A stretch of 63,625 nt of DNA, the filler included, from Candidatus Rokuibacteriota bacterium (GTDB lineage: Bacteria; JAUVQV01; DATDCY01), in NCBI GenBank assembly GCA_031406795.1. It is 4 parts of 4 records of this genome, joined end to end, with 100 filler letters (N's around TTAATTAATTAA, not from the genome) between each part and the next. Parts side by side here need not be neighbours in the genome. Positions count along the whole stretch, not along the records: positions 16,096 to 41,237 come from JANOHV010000025.1; 3 more parts are not named here. One strand, written 5' to 3'. A model generated the notes under the pieces. The model saw only the letters and a list, made by a program, of their open reading frames with translations, was not told the DNA's origin and made no database searches. Every line of letters begins with the position of its first letter. Within the stretch, counting starts at the first letter, position 1. Positions 30,121 to 40,402 of the stretch are shown piece by piece. The position numbers were made by a program, and so were the translations under genes.

Positions 30121-31329
30121 CTGCCGACCTACTCGTACCGCGCCACGGACCGCGAGGGGGCGGCGGTGTCCGGGCGGATCGAAGCCCCGGACATCGCGGC
30201 GGTCTCGGCTCGTCTGCAGGAGTTGGGCTTCTTTCCGCTGACGGTGAGCGCGGCGACCGAGAGCGAATCGCCTGCGGGGGGGCTGCGCTTGCGCCGGGGC
30301 GGCGGCCGTCGTCTCGCCGAGTTCTCGCGCCAGCTGGCCGTGCTGCTCGAGGCCGGAATCCCGCTCGACCATGCGCTCGGCATCGCCGGAGAGGTCGCCG
30401 CCGACCCGGAATTCCGCGACGTGATCGCCCGGGTGCGGCGCAGCGTCGAAGAGGGGACCAGCCTTGGCGATGCCATGGCCCGGCACCCGCGGGTCTTTGA
30501 CGAACTCTACGTGAGCATGGTGCGGGCCGGCGAGGCCGGCGGCGCCCTCGATCAGATTCTCAAGCGGCTCGCGGAATTTCTCGAGGAGTGGCAGCGCATC
30601 CGTGATGTCGTGATCTCGGCCCTGCTCTACCCGCTGTTCCTCAGCGTCTTCGCGGCCGGAGCCGTCATCGTGCTCCTGGTGTTCGTCGTTCCTCGCTTTG
30701 CCGAGGTCTTCGGAGACATGGGCGCCCGGCTGCCGGCACCCACGCGCCTGCTGATGGCCGTGAGCGCCTTCCTGCGGCGATTCTGGTGGCTGCTCGGTGC
30801 GGGGATCGCCGCCGCGGGCGCCGGCCTGGCGGTGGGGGCCCGTACCCCGCGCTGGCGCATCTGGTGGGACCGCAACGTGCTGCGGATTCCGCTCGCCGGC
30901 GACCTCGCCGTGAAGATCCAGGTCTCGCGGTTCGCGCGCGTCTTCGGCACGTTGATCGCGAGCGGCGTGCCGATCCTGCGGGCGCTCGAAATCGTCACCG
31001 GGACCCTGACCAACTCGGTCTTCGCCAACTCGCTGGCGAACGTCCAGACCGGCCTCAAGGAGGGGCAGGGGATCGCGGAGCCGCTGCGCCGCGCCGGCGT
31101 CTTTCCCCCGCTTTTCCTGCACATGGTCGCCGTCGGCGAGGAAACCGGCCGCCTGGAAGAGATGATGCTCACCGTCGCCTCGAGTTTCGACCGGGACGTG
31201 GAAACCGCGGCGCGCCGGTTGCTTTCGCTGATCGAACCCGTTATTATTCTGCTCATGGGTCTGGTCATTGGTGCGATCATTCTGTCGATCTTATGGGCAA
31301 TTTTCAGCGTCAACCAGCTGGCATTCTAG
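30121..31329 (+). CDS. gspF: Type II secretion platform protein GspF
   Basis: (M)PTYSYRATDREG N-terminus from CTG after GGAGGAG; FSRQLAVLLEAG, YVSMVRAGEAGG, VGEETGRL, LIEP. Confidence 0.92.
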   Translation: MPTYSYRATDREGAAVSGRIEAPDIAAVSARLQELGFFPLTVSAATESESPAGGLRLRRGGGRRLAEFSRQLAVLLEAGIPLDHALGIAGEVAADPEFRDVIARVRRSVEEGTSLGDAMARHPRVFDELYVSMVRAGEAGGALDQILKRLAEFLEEWQRIRDVVISALLYPLFLSVFAAGAVIVLLVFVVPRFAEVFGDMGARLPAPTRLLMAVSAFLRRFWWLLGAGIAAAGAGLAVGARTPRWRIWWDRNVLRIPLAGDLAVKIQVSRFARVFGTLIASGVPILRALEIVTGTLTNSVFANSLANVQTGLKEGQGIAEPLRRAGVFPPLFLHMVAVGEETGRLEEMMLTVASSFDRDVETAARRLLSLIEPVIILLMGLVIGAIILSILWAIFSVNQLAF

Positions 31330-31736
31330 CCGCCGGCCCGGGGCGGCGCCGCCGGCTCGGCAACGAGAGCGGTCTGACGCTGATCGAGCTGCTCGTCGTG
31401 ATGGTGATCCTCGGGTTGTTCTCGACGATCGTCTATCAGGCGTTTTTCCCGAAGATCGATCAGGCCAAGGACCAGACCACCCGCACCCAGATGGACATCA
31501 TCGCGCTGGCGCTGGACAGTTACCGCCTCGACGTCGGCGAGTATCCGGCCGCGCTCGGCGATCTGATCCAGTCCTCGTCGCCCCGGTGGAAGGGACCCTA
31601 TCTGCAGAAAGGGAAGATTCCCAAAGACGCCTGGGGGAATGAGTTCGTCTACCAGGTCAAGGACGAGGGTGGCAGTTTCGATCTCTCCTCGACGGGGGAC
31701 GGCAAGAAAGAGATCCGCTACGACGAGGGTGACTAG
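31293..31736 (+). CDS. gspG: Major pseudopilin GspG
   Basis: G|LTLIELLVVMVILG prepilin site, YRLDVGEYP, WKGPYL, DAWGNEF; start uncertain. Confidence 0.88.
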   Translation: MGNFQRQPAGILAAGPGRRRRLGNESGLTLIELLVVMVILGLFSTIVYQAFFPKIDQAKDQTTRTQMDIIALALDSYRLDVGEYPAALGDLIQSSSPRWKGPYLQKGKIPKDAWGNEFVYQVKDEGGSFDLSSTGDGKKEIRYDEGD

Positions 31737-32175
31737 GGTCGGACCCGCCGCGGCGGCGGGTTTCACCCTGATCGAACTCGTCCTTGTCCTGGTGTTGCTC
31801 GCGGTGGCCGGGGTCATGGCCGCCCCGGCCATCCAGCCCGCTCTCGATTCCGTGCGCGCCGAAAGTGCCGTCCGCCGCACCGCGTCCTTCCTCGACGATG
31901 TCCGGCGCCGCGCGGTGCTGGAGCGCAAGATTCTCGTGGTGAACTGCCTACCCGAGGATGAGCGTCTGGTGCTTCTCGGCTCCGCCGCCGGCGAACAGGT
32001 CTTTTCCGTGCCCGAGGCGCTCGAGATCGTCTCCTGCCGTCCCGAGGAACTGCGCTACTTCCCGCAAGGTTCCGCCTCCGGAACGACGCTGCTGCTGCGT
32101 GACCGTCACGGGCGCGAGCGCAGCTTGAGCGTCGGCGTCTTCACGGGTCTGAGTCGTCTCGTCGACGCGCGGTGA
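31729..32175 (+). CDS. gspH: Minor pseudopilin GspH-like
   Basis: GFTLIELVLVLVLLAV; YFPQGSASG; TG near C-terminus. Confidence 0.8.
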   Translation: MTRVGPAAAAGFTLIELVLVLVLLAVAGVMAAPAIQPALDSVRAESAVRRTASFLDDVRRRAVLERKILVVNCLPEDERLVLLGSAAGEQVFSVPEALEIVSCRPEELRYFPQGSASGTTLLLRDRHGRERSLSVGVFTGLSRLVDAR

Positions 32176-32272
32176 GCGGCGTCAGACCGTTCACGTTTGC
32201 GCGTGGATGTGAGAGACTAGCGCCCGACAGGCGATGCCGCCGGCGGCAGAGGACTCGAGGGAGGGATTGAGC

Positions 32273-32671
32273 GTGAGACCACACGGACTTGAGGTGCGGA
32301 CCCACCGGCGCACGGAAGTGGTGGAGATCACCGCACTGGTGCGTGAGGCGGTGCGTGAGGCGGGAATCGATCACGGGCTGGTGCACTGTTTCCTGCCGCA
32401 TACCACGGCGGCCCTCACGCTGAACGAGCGCAACGACCCGATGGTGCTCGCCGACCTCGTGAACCATCTCGAGCGGCTCGTGCCGTGGGCGGGGCCCTGG
32501 ACGCACCAGGGCAATGCCGCGGCGCACGTCAAAGCCAGCCTGCTCGGTCACGCGATCGTCCTGGCGGTGGAAGGCGACGAGTTGGTCCTCGGTCCGTGGC
32601 AGGGCCTCTTCCTCTGCGAATTTCACGGCCCCCGCGCGCGCTCCATCCAGTTGGTGTTCCAGCCCGGGTAG
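32273..32671 (+). CDS. yjbQ: YjbQ-family protein
   Basis: PHTTAALTLNE, GNAAAHVKASLLG, LGPWQGLFLCEFHGPR. Confidence 0.9.
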   Translation: MRPHGLEVRTHRRTEVVEITALVREAVREAGIDHGLVHCFLPHTTAALTLNERNDPMVLADLVNHLERLVPWAGPWTHQGNAAAHVKASLLGHAIVLAVEGDELVLGPWQGLFLCEFHGPRARSIQLVFQPG

Positions 32672-32701
32672 GCAGCGCGGCGCGGCGGTTCCGGGGGCGA
32701 G

Positions 32702-33316
32702 GTGGCGACAAAACCTGAGCAGGACATAGCACAGCTCGAGACGCTGCTGCGCCAACTCGAGAAGGAATACGACCGGTTCTTCTGCGGCCTCGAGCGGCGC
32801 GAGCCTACCGCCACGGAGAACGCCGTGCTGGCGATCGTGCGCGCCTACGCCGGCCGTCCGGTCAACAACCCGACGCTCGGCTTCAAGTACACCTCGCTGG
32901 TCGCCCGCTACAACTCGTTCCGGACGGTCTGGACCAGAAAGCTGCGCGAGCGTGAGGAGGGGCGATCCGGCGGGGGCGTGGTCCGCCAGGCCGCGCCGGC
33001 GCGACCGGAGCCGCGCCGGCCGGGCCACACCGCGGCGAACCCCGGGGAATACCTGACCTCCGATCCCCTGCACGAACCGCGACATCTCGAACAGTTCTTC
33101 GAGACCTACCGGCGGTTGCGCGAAGAGAGCGGCGAGCCGACCGCCAAGCTGCAGGTCGAAAGCTTTCAGAAGGCGCTGGCCGAGAAGGTCGAGAAGATCA
33201 AGCGGGAACAGGGTTGCGAGGCGGTGCTGATCCGGGTCACCCGGGAGCAGGGCCGCACGCGCCTCGTCGCCAAGCCCTTCAGGCGCCAGTCGCGGCCGCC
33301 GGACCCCGCGTCATGA
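32702..33316 (+). CDS. MXAN_5187 C-terminal-domain-like protein
   Basis: LEKEYDRFFCGLERREP, FKYTSLVARYNSF...W...EEG, C-terminal FETY...R...GE. Confidence 0.6.
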   Translation: MATKPEQDIAQLETLLRQLEKEYDRFFCGLERREPTATENAVLAIVRAYAGRPVNNPTLGFKYTSLVARYNSFRTVWTRKLREREEGRSGGGVVRQAAPARPEPRRPGHTAANPGEYLTSDPLHEPRHLEQFFETYRRLREESGEPTAKLQVESFQKALAEKVEKIKREQGCEAVLIRVTREQGRTRLVAKPFRRQSRPPDPAS

Positions 33317-34245
33317 CCATGCGACTGCGCTCGCAGCGCACGCTCGCGCAGCCGGCGGCGTGCTGCGGCATCGGCCTGCACTCGGGTCTGATCGTCAACC
33401 TCGAGCTCAGGCCGCTGCCGCCGTCGAGCGGGATCGTCTTCCAGCGCGTGGACCTGCCGGGAAGACCGGCAGTGCCCGCCGCGGCGCGCAACGTGACGAG
33501 CACGGTGTTCGCGACCACCATCGAGTCCCGGGGGGTGCGCATCGGCACCGTCGAACATCTGCTCGCGGCCCTCGCCGGCCTCGGTATCGACAATGTCCTG
33601 GTGCAGGTGGACGCTCCGGAGGTCCCCATCCTGGATGGCAGCGCGCTGCCCTTCCTCGACCTGGTGCGTAACGCCGGCATCGTCGAACAGGACGAGGTGC
33701 AGCCGCATCTGCGTATCCTGCGCGCCGTCGAGATCGTCGAAGAAACGCGCGCCGCCGGCTTCTACCCGGCCGACACGCTGGACGTCACGTGCCGGATCTC
33801 CTTCAACCACCCGCTCATCGGCGAGCAGCGCGGGAGCTACCGTCACGACGAGCGGGAGTTCGCCCGCGGTATCGGGCCGGCCCGCACCTTCGGGTTGAAG
33901 CGGGACGTCGAAATCCTGCTCGAGCACGGGATGGCCCGCGGGGGCTCCCCCGACAACGCGGTGGTCCTCACCGAGGATGCGGTGCTCAACGAGGGCGGGC
34001 TGCGCTTCCGTGACGAATTCGTCCGACACAAGATCCTCGACTGCCTCGGGGATCTGGCGCTGCTCGGGTACCCCGTGCTCGGCCACTTCGTCGGCATCCG
34101 CAGCGGGCATGAACTGCACGCGCGCCTGATGCGGCGGCTGCTCGCCGACGCCACCGCGTGGCAGCTGCTCACCGATCGCGAGGTCGAGCCGCTGCCGGAT
34201 CCCCCCGGCGTTCCGGCGATTCTGGCCGCGGCGCAGCTACCGTGA
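33313..34245 (+). CDS. lpxC: UDP-3-O-acyl-N-acetylglucosamine deacetylase
   Basis: GIGLHSG, TVEHLLAAL, PILDGSA, ARTFG, EFVRHKILD, SGH. Confidence 0.96.
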   Translation: MTMRLRSQRTLAQPAACCGIGLHSGLIVNLELRPLPPSSGIVFQRVDLPGRPAVPAAARNVTSTVFATTIESRGVRIGTVEHLLAALAGLGIDNVLVQVDAPEVPILDGSALPFLDLVRNAGIVEQDEVQPHLRILRAVEIVEETRAAGFYPADTLDVTCRISFNHPLIGEQRGSYRHDEREFARGIGPARTFGLKRDVEILLEHGMARGGSPDNAVVLTEDAVLNEGGLRFRDEFVRHKILDCLGDLALLGYPVLGHFVGIRSGHELHARLMRRLLADATAWQLLTDREVEPLPDPPGVPAILAAAQLP

Positions 34246-34413
34246 CGGCCGCTGAAAAGGGCCCATCTGCGGCGTTGCACACCTCGTGTCTTCCTGCGGC
34301 GGGCACCAGCCCGCCTCGGAATCCACTTCGGGGTGCGCCTTGCACCTGGACCCTTTTGAGCGACCTCTCCGCTACCGTGACGGCCGCTGAAAAGGGCCCA
34401 TCTGCGGCGTTGC
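34236..34413. repeat. MITE-like repeat (34250-34362) with 43-bp direct duplication of the lpxC end and element start
   Basis: GCTACCGTGACGGCCGCTGAAAAGGGCCCATCTGCGGCGTTGC at 34236 and 34371; GCACCTGGACCCTTTTGAGCG end. Confidence 0.78.
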
Positions 34414-34631
34414 GCCATTGCCCGGCGGAGCGAGGGCAACTCCCCCTGAACGGTAACGATCTTTCCGCGCACAAGCTGCCCGAGTCGTTCAGGAGCGTCA
34501 TGATGCGTTCCGGCAAGGCGGCGACAAGCGCGCGCGGAGGCGCACTCGTGTGCGCCGCACAAGCGACGCGCGAAGCAACGCCGCCGGGGCGCATCAGGGC
34601 CTCCTGAACGACCCGGGCTGACGGGATCGGG

Positions 34632-35381
34632 CTAATCTTCCCGTACGACGAGGCCGGCGAGACCCGCTTCCACGAACGCCGCGGCCGCGGTGTCGGCCTC
34701 CTCCTCGTTTTCGTACCCGCCGACCCTCACCCGCCACCAGGTCCCGCGGTTGCTCTCGTAGGGCAGCACCCGGGCGCTTCCCGGCGGCACCGGCAGGCGC
34801 GCCGCAAGCCCGCGGGCGTTGCTCTCGACCGCGAAGGAGCCAACCTGGACGACGAACGCCCCCCGCAGCGGGGGGACAGGCAGCCGGCTGGGGCGCGAGG
34901 CGCGGGGCGGCGCGTCCGTGCCGGAGGAGACCGCAGGGGCGCTCGCGGCCGCGACCGCGAAGGCCGTTGCCGGCAGCACGGCCTCGAGGGTCACCGGCAC
35001 CACACCCGCCGCTGCCGACCCGAGTTCGCGGGCCGCCGCCAGCGAAAGGTCGACGACCCGGCCCGCGACGAACGGCCCCCGGTCGTTGACCCGCACCCGA
35101 ATGCGCCGGCCGGTCTGCCGGTTGATGACTTCGAGCTGGGTGCCGAGCGGCAGGGTCTTGTGCGCCGCGGTCATCGCATACATGTTGTATCGCTCCCCGT
35201 TGGCGGTGCGCCTCCCGTGAAAGTCCGCGCCGTACCAGGAAGCGAGTCCCTGCTCGCGCCAGTTCACTTCTCCGCCGCGGCCGCGCGACCCGGCGCAACC
35301 GGCGAGCCATCCGGCCGCCGCAACGAGCAGGAGCAGGGATCCGCACAGCGCGCCGCGGCGGGACATTTGCATTTTCCTCAT
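34632..35381 (-). CDS. rlpA: Septal ring lytic transglycosylase RlpA with SPOR domain
   Basis: Lipobox [46 protein letters not shown]. Confidence 0.93.
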   Translation of the reverse strand: MRKMQMSRRGALCGSLLLLVAAAGWLAGCAGSRGRGGEVNWREQGLASWYGADFHGRRTANGERYNMYAMTAAHKTLPLGTQLEVINRQTGRRIRVRVNDRGPFVAGRVVDLSLAAARELGSAAAGVVPVTLEAVLPATAFAVAAASAPAVSSGTDAPPRASRPSRLPVPPLRGAFVVQVGSFAVESNARGLAARLPVPPGSARVLPYESNRGTWWRVRVGGYENEEEADTAAAAFVEAGLAGLVVRED

Positions 35382-35445
35382 GCTGCCCTATTATAGCGAC
35401 CAACGCCGGGCGGGACCCGGATTTTTGACGAGCAGGGAGGAAGTC

Positions 35446-36873
35446 GTGACGCTGGAACTTGGCGAGAAATGCGGTGTCTGCGGGATCTACGGGCACGCTG
35501 AGGCCGCGAATCTGACTTACCTCGGGCTGCACGCGCTGCAGCATCGGGGCCAGGAGAGCTCGGGGATCGTCTCCTCCGACCACCGCGACCTGTTCTCCCA
35601 CCGTGCGATGGGGCTGGTCGCCGACATCTTCGACCGCGATGTGCTGCGCAAGCTCCCCGGCGACCACGCCATCGGCCACAACCGGTATTCGACCGCGGGG
35701 TCGAGCGAGATCAAGAACGCGCAGCCCTTCGTCGTGGAGACCGGCTTCGGGTCGATCGCCGTGGCCCACAACGGCAATCTCGTCAATGCCGTGGACATCC
35801 GCCAGGAGCTCGAGCAGGAGGGGGCGATCTTCCAGTCGACGATGGACACCGAGGTCATCGTCCACCTGATGGCCCGCTCCGAGCACCGCGATCTGCCCGG
35901 GCGCCTCGTCGACGCGCTGCACCGCATCAAGGGTTCCTATTCGCTGCTGATCCTCTCCGATGACCAGCTGCTGGCCGTGCGCGACCCGAACGGCTTCCGG
36001 CCGCTGGTGCTCGGCCGCCTCGGCGAAACTGTCGTCATCGCCTCCGAGACCTGCGCGCTGGACCTGATCGGCGCGAAGTTCGAGCGCGAAGTCGAGCCCG
36101 GCGAGCTGATCGTCGTCAACCGCGAGGGGATGCGCTCCTACCACCCGTTCGTGGGGACGGCGCGCGCGCACTGCGTCTTCGAGCTGATCTATTTTTCGCG
36201 GCCGGACAGCGTGGTCTTCGGGCGGACGGTCCACGACGTGCGCAAGCGCCTCGGGCGGCGGTTGGCGGAGGAGACCGCGGTGCTGGCGGACGTCGTCATC
36301 CCGGTCCCCGACTCCGGGGTCCCGGCCGCCCTCGGCTTTGCGGAGGCCGCCGGCATCCCGTTCGATTTCGGCCTGATCCGCAACCACTACGTCGGGCGCA
36401 CGTTCATCGAGCCGCGCCAGTCGATCCGTCACTTCGGCGTCAAGCTCAAGCTCAACCCGGTGCGTTCGGTGGTCGAGGGCAAGCGGGTGGTGGTGGTCGA
36501 CGATTCCATCGTGCGCGGCACCACCAGCCGCAAGATCGTCAAGATGCTGCGCGCCGCGGGGGCCGCGGAGGTGCACATGCGCGTCTCGAGCCCGCCGACG
36601 ACGCACCCCTGCTACTACGGCATCGACACCCCGACGCGGCAGGAGCTCGTCGCCGCCACGCACACGCCCGATGAGACCCGCACCTACATCACGGCCGACA
36701 CGCTGGCCTACCTGAGCCTCGAGGGCCTGCGTTCCGTCGTCCACCCCGGCCCCGAGAACTTCTGCTATGCCTGCTTTTCGGGTTGCTATCCCGTCAGCTT
36801 CCCCTACGAGGAGATCACTCAGTTGCGGCTCTTCGACGGCAAGGCTGCCTCCCGGGTTTTCAGCATCACCTGA
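35446..36873 (+). CDS. purF: Amidophosphoribosyltransferase
   Basis: Short propeptide then [39 protein letters not shown]. Confidence 0.97.
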   Translation: MTLELGEKCGVCGIYGHAEAANLTYLGLHALQHRGQESSGIVSSDHRDLFSHRAMGLVADIFDRDVLRKLPGDHAIGHNRYSTAGSSEIKNAQPFVVETGFGSIAVAHNGNLVNAVDIRQELEQEGAIFQSTMDTEVIVHLMARSEHRDLPGRLVDALHRIKGSYSLLILSDDQLLAVRDPNGFRPLVLGRLGETVVIASETCALDLIGAKFEREVEPGELIVVNREGMRSYHPFVGTARAHCVFELIYFSRPDSVVFGRTVHDVRKRLGRRLAEETAVLADVVIPVPDSGVPAALGFAEAAGIPFDFGLIRNHYVGRTFIEPRQSIRHFGVKLKLNPVRSVVEGKRVVVVDDSIVRGTTSRKIVKMLRAAGAAEVHMRVSSPPTTHPCYYGIDTPTRQELVAATHTPDETRTYITADTLAYLSLEGLRSVVHPGPENFCYACFSGCYPVSFPYEEITQLRLFDGKAASRVFSIT

Positions 36874-36882
36874 TGCCCGCCG

Positions 36883-37008
36883 GCAGGCAGCTGAAAAAGG
36901 CCCATCTGCGGCGTCGCACTCATCCCGGCTCACTGCGGCGTACTGCTCGTACGCCTCATTCGCCGGGATTTCGTGCGTCTTGCACCTGGACCTTTTTGAG
37001 CAGCCTGC
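36883..37008. repeat. MITE-like palindromic repeat, most complete copy
   Basis: GCAGGCAGCTGAAAAAGG...CCTTTTTGAGCAGCCTGC terminal inverted repeats with internal hairpins. Confidence 0.8.
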
Positions 37009-37050
37009 CCGTTCCACGAGTGTCTCTGCAGCCTGCCAACAGAGGGATAG

Positions 37051-39393
37051 GTGCCTGAGCGTCACCGCCGTGCGCGCCGCGCCGGTAGCCTGCGCCGGGT
37101 GGCCGCGCGCGTGCTGCTCGCGCTGTTCACCTGCGGGGTGCTCGTCGGGGCCGCCGCGCTCGGCCTGGTGGCCCGTTACGCGGCCGAACTGCCTCCCGTC
37201 GAGTCGATGCGCGACTACAACCCGAGTCTGGTGACCAAAATCTTCGGCGCCGACGGGTCGGTCATCGGCGAGTTCTTCGTCGAGCGGCGGGTGGTCATCC
37301 CGCTCGCGCGCGTCCCGCAGCCCCTCCAGGACGCGTTTCTCGCCGCGGAGGACGCCTCGTTCTTCGCGCATCACGGCCTGGATCTCAAGGGGGTGCTGCG
37401 GGCGCTGGTGCGCAACGTGCTCGCCGGAGGCGTCGTGCAGGGCGCCAGCACCATCACCCAGCAGGTGGCGCGCAACATGTTCCTGACCCCGGAGCGGCGC
37501 CTGCCCCGCAAGATCAAGGAGGCGATCCTCGCCTACCGCATCGAGAAGAATTTCACGAAACAGGACATCCTCGGCCTCTATCTCAACCACATCTACCTCG
37601 GTCAGGGCGCCTATGGCGTGCAGGCCGCGGCGCTGACCTACTTCGGACGCCCCGTCGATCAGCTGAATCTGCGCGAGTCGGCGGTGCTTGCCGCGCTGCC
37701 CAAGGCCCCGTCGCACCCCGAACGCGCGCTCAAGCGCGCCGGCTACGTACTCAGCCGCATGGTCGAGACCGGCAAGATCACCCGGGAGCAGGCGAAAGCT
37801 GCCGCGGCCCTGCCGCTCGGCCTGAGCAAGGGCCGCGCCGCGCCGCGCGGGGCCTTCTTCCTCGAGCACGTGCGCCGCACTCTGGAGAAGACCTACGGAC
37901 CCGATGCGGTTCACCACGGCGGCCTCGAGGTGCGGACGACGCTGGATCCGCGCCTGCAGGCCGCGGCGGAGGTTGCGGTGCGCGCCGGGTTGCGCGAGGT
38001 CGACAAGCGCCGCGGCTGGCGCGGGCCGGCGCAGCGGCTCGGGACCGCGGACGCCGCGAAGATCGAGAGCCTGATCCGCTCGCTCGACACCTGGCCCGCG
38101 CAGCTCGCCGAGGGGGACATCGTGCCGGCGGTCGTGCGGGAGGTCGCCGAGCGCGAGGCGACCGTGCGCGTGGGTCCCGCGGAGGGCGTGCTGCCCGTGG
38201 CCGAGATGCGCTGGGTCTACGGGCAGGGCCGCGAGGAGCGGATGAAATCTCCGCAGCAGGTCCTGCGCGCCGGCGACCTGCTGCTGGTGCGGGTGCTCGC
38301 CCCGGGGGGCGGTGGGGTGAAGGCGCGCGTCGCGCTCGAGCAGGAGCCGGACGTCGAGGGCGCGCTGTTGTGCCAGGACGTGCACACCGGCGCGGTGCTG
38401 GCAATGGTCGGCGGCTTCGACTTCGGCCGCAATCAGTACAACCGGGCCATCCAGGCGCGGCGCCAGCCGGGCTCGGCCTTCAAGCCTTTCATCTACGCGG
38501 CGGCGCTGGAGACCGGCTCCTGGACCGCCGCGAGCGTCATCGACGACTCGCCGATCGCGTTCGAAACCCGCGACGATGCGGCGAAGGTCAAGGTCTGGCG
38601 TCCCGCGAATTTCGAGAACGAATTTTACGGTCCGACGCGCCTGCGCGTGGCGCTCAACCACTCGCGCAACGTGGTGACGATCAAGCTGATGCAGGCGGTC
38701 GGTGTGCAGAAGGTCATCGCCGCCGCCCAGCGCATGGGGGTCGACTCGCCCCTGGCGCCCGACCTGACCCTGGCGCTCGGATCCTCCTCGGTGACGCTTC
38801 AGGAGTTGACTACGGCCTACGGGGCCATCGCGGACGGCGGGGTCCGCCACGACCCGCTGACGATTCTCTCGGTGAAGGATCGTTCCGGCAAGGTCCTCGA
38901 GGAGCATGCCCCCTCGGCGGCCGAGGTCTTGTCGCGCGACAGCGCCCATGTGCTCACCAGCATGCTGCAGACGGTGGTCTCCGACGGCACCGGCTGGAAG
39001 GCCAAGGAACTCGGGCGCCCGGTCGCCGGCAAGACGGGGACCACCAACGACTACGTCGACGCCTGGTTCATGGGCTTCACGCCGGACCTGGTCACCGGGG
39101 TCTGGGTCGGCCTGGATCGCCGTGAGAGTCTCGGCTGGCATGAGACCGGCTCGCGCGCGGCCCTGCCGATCTGGCTCGGGTTCATGACCGAGGCGGTCGA
39201 GGGGCGGCCGACAAGCGTTTTTCCCGTCCCGCCCGGAGTCGTGTTCGCGAAGATCGACCCGGGGCGCGGGGTGCTGGCGTCGTCGGAGGACCCCGACGCC
39301 GTCGTCGAAGTCTTTCGCGAAGGCACGGTTCCAACCGCGGTCGCCCCCCGGCAGCCGGGGCGCGAGGGGGATTTCTACCGCTTCGATCTCTAA
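37051..39393 (+). CDS. mrcA: Penicillin-binding protein 1A
   Basis: AAEDASF, GASTITQQ, RKIKE, RQPGSAFK, SRN, GKTGT. Confidence 0.93.
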   Translation: MPERHRRARRAGSLRRVAARVLLALFTCGVLVGAAALGLVARYAAELPPVESMRDYNPSLVTKIFGADGSVIGEFFVERRVVIPLARVPQPLQDAFLAAEDASFFAHHGLDLKGVLRALVRNVLAGGVVQGASTITQQVARNMFLTPERRLPRKIKEAILAYRIEKNFTKQDILGLYLNHIYLGQGAYGVQAAALTYFGRPVDQLNLRESAVLAALPKAPSHPERALKRAGYVLSRMVETGKITREQAKAAAALPLGLSKGRAAPRGAFFLEHVRRTLEKTYGPDAVHHGGLEVRTTLDPRLQAAAEVAVRAGLREVDKRRGWRGPAQRLGTADAAKIESLIRSLDTWPAQLAEGDIVPAVVREVAEREATVRVGPAEGVLPVAEMRWVYGQGREERMKSPQQVLRAGDLLLVRVLAPGGGGVKARVALEQEPDVEGALLCQDVHTGAVLAMVGGFDFGRNQYNRAIQARRQPGSAFKPFIYAAALETGSWTAASVIDDSPIAFETRDDAAKVKVWRPANFENEFYGPTRLRVALNHSRNVVTIKLMQAVGVQKVIAAAQRMGVDSPLAPDLTLALGSSSVTLQELTTAYGAIADGGVRHDPLTILSVKDRSGKVLEEHAPSAAEVLSRDSAHVLTSMLQTVVSDGTGWKAKELGRPVAGKTGTTNDYVDAWFMGFTPDLVTGVWVGLDRRESLGWHETGSRAALPIWLGFMTEAVEGRPTSVFPVPPGVVFAKIDPGRGVLASSEDPDAVVEVFREGTVPTAVAPRQPGREGDFYRFDL

Positions 39394-39419
39394 CCAATTG
39401 CCACAGGGGAGGATCAGCC

Positions 39420-40067
39420 ATGTTCGTCGGTCTCAGGATGTCGCGCACAGTCCCGGTCTGCGCCCCGGACGACGGTCTCGACAAGGCCATCCAGGTAATG
39501 CGCGAGAAGAAAGTGCGCCAGCTTTTCGTGACGGAGGGCGACGCGGTCGTGGGGGTGCTCTCGCGGATCGATCTGCAGCACGTCCTCCCCTCCACGGCGA
39601 CGACCCTGGCCGTGAACGAGATGAACTATCAGCTCTCGCGCCTCAAGGTGCGTGACTACATGACGCGCGCGGTGGTCTCGGTGGCGCAGGACGCCACCCT
39701 CGAGGAGGCGGCCCGCCTGATGCACGACCGCGACGTCTCGGGCCTGCCGGTCGTCAAGGACGGCCGGCTGGTCGGCCTGATCAACCGGACGATGATGCTG
39801 GCGGCGTTCATCGAGGAGATGGGGCTGCAGGTCGACAGTTCACGCATCACGCTGGAACTAGACGACACGCCGGGGCAGATCCTGAGCATCACGCAGATCA
39901 TCAAGGATATCCGGCTCAACATCGTCAGCATCGCGACGTTCTTCCCCGAGCCGACCAACAAGCGCCTCGTGGTCTTCCGCGTCAAGACCACCGACCCGCG
40001 TCCGATCGAGGCCGCGCTGCGCACCGCAGGCTACAAGATCGTGACGGCAGCGGACTTCGGCCTCTAG
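39420..40067 (+). CDS. CBS-pair + ACT domain protein (AcuB-like)
   Basis: Two CBS domains (KVRDYMT, SGLPVV) and C-terminal ACT (DTPGQI). Confidence 0.88.
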   Translation: MFVGLRMSRTVPVCAPDDGLDKAIQVMREKKVRQLFVTEGDAVVGVLSRIDLQHVLPSTATTLAVNEMNYQLSRLKVRDYMTRAVVSVAQDATLEEAARLMHDRDVSGLPVVKDGRLVGLINRTMMLAAFIEEMGLQVDSSRITLELDDTPGQILSITQIIKDIRLNIVSIATFFPEPTNKRLVVFRVKTTDPRPIEAALRTAGYKIVTAADFGL

Positions 40068-40121
40068 CCGCCGCTAATCCGATTGTCGTGCCAGCGCCCC
40101 CTGCCTGATTACGACCAGTCT

Positions 40122-40346
40122 TCAACCTTGAGGCCGGGAACCCTCGTGAATCCGGATGGTTTTTTCGTTGCATTGGAGTTGGTGTCGTTCAATCAGGGAG
40201 AAGAGACGAAAGGTCTGCTCGGCGTCCGGTCGTGAGTTTGGGCGCTCCTCCGGATACAGCGGCAAGTTCGGGATCTCACGCTTTGCTATTGCCCGGCGCA
40301 ACTCACGCTCGATGAGGGCCTGGACGAGAAGGGCGAGATGGGGCAG
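40122..40346 (-). pseudogene. IS1634-family transposase C-terminal remnant
   Basis: Manual translation LALLVQALIERELRRAIAKREIPNLPLYPEERPNSRPDAEQTFRLFS resembles the IS1634 transposase C-terminus. Confidence 0.65.
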
Positions 40347-40402
40347 GGTCAGCGGGCGTACCTCATATATCCCGCTGACCCTGCCCTCGAAGAGAGGGTC
40401 TG

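Noticed and set aside
34594-39141. 1515-aa minus-strand ORF and similar long antisense ORFs (22512-25313, 28180-31122, 41598-44657, 46402-49650, 1776-4220)
   Set aside because: Shadow ORFs of well-supported genes in GC-rich DNA; no recognisable motifs
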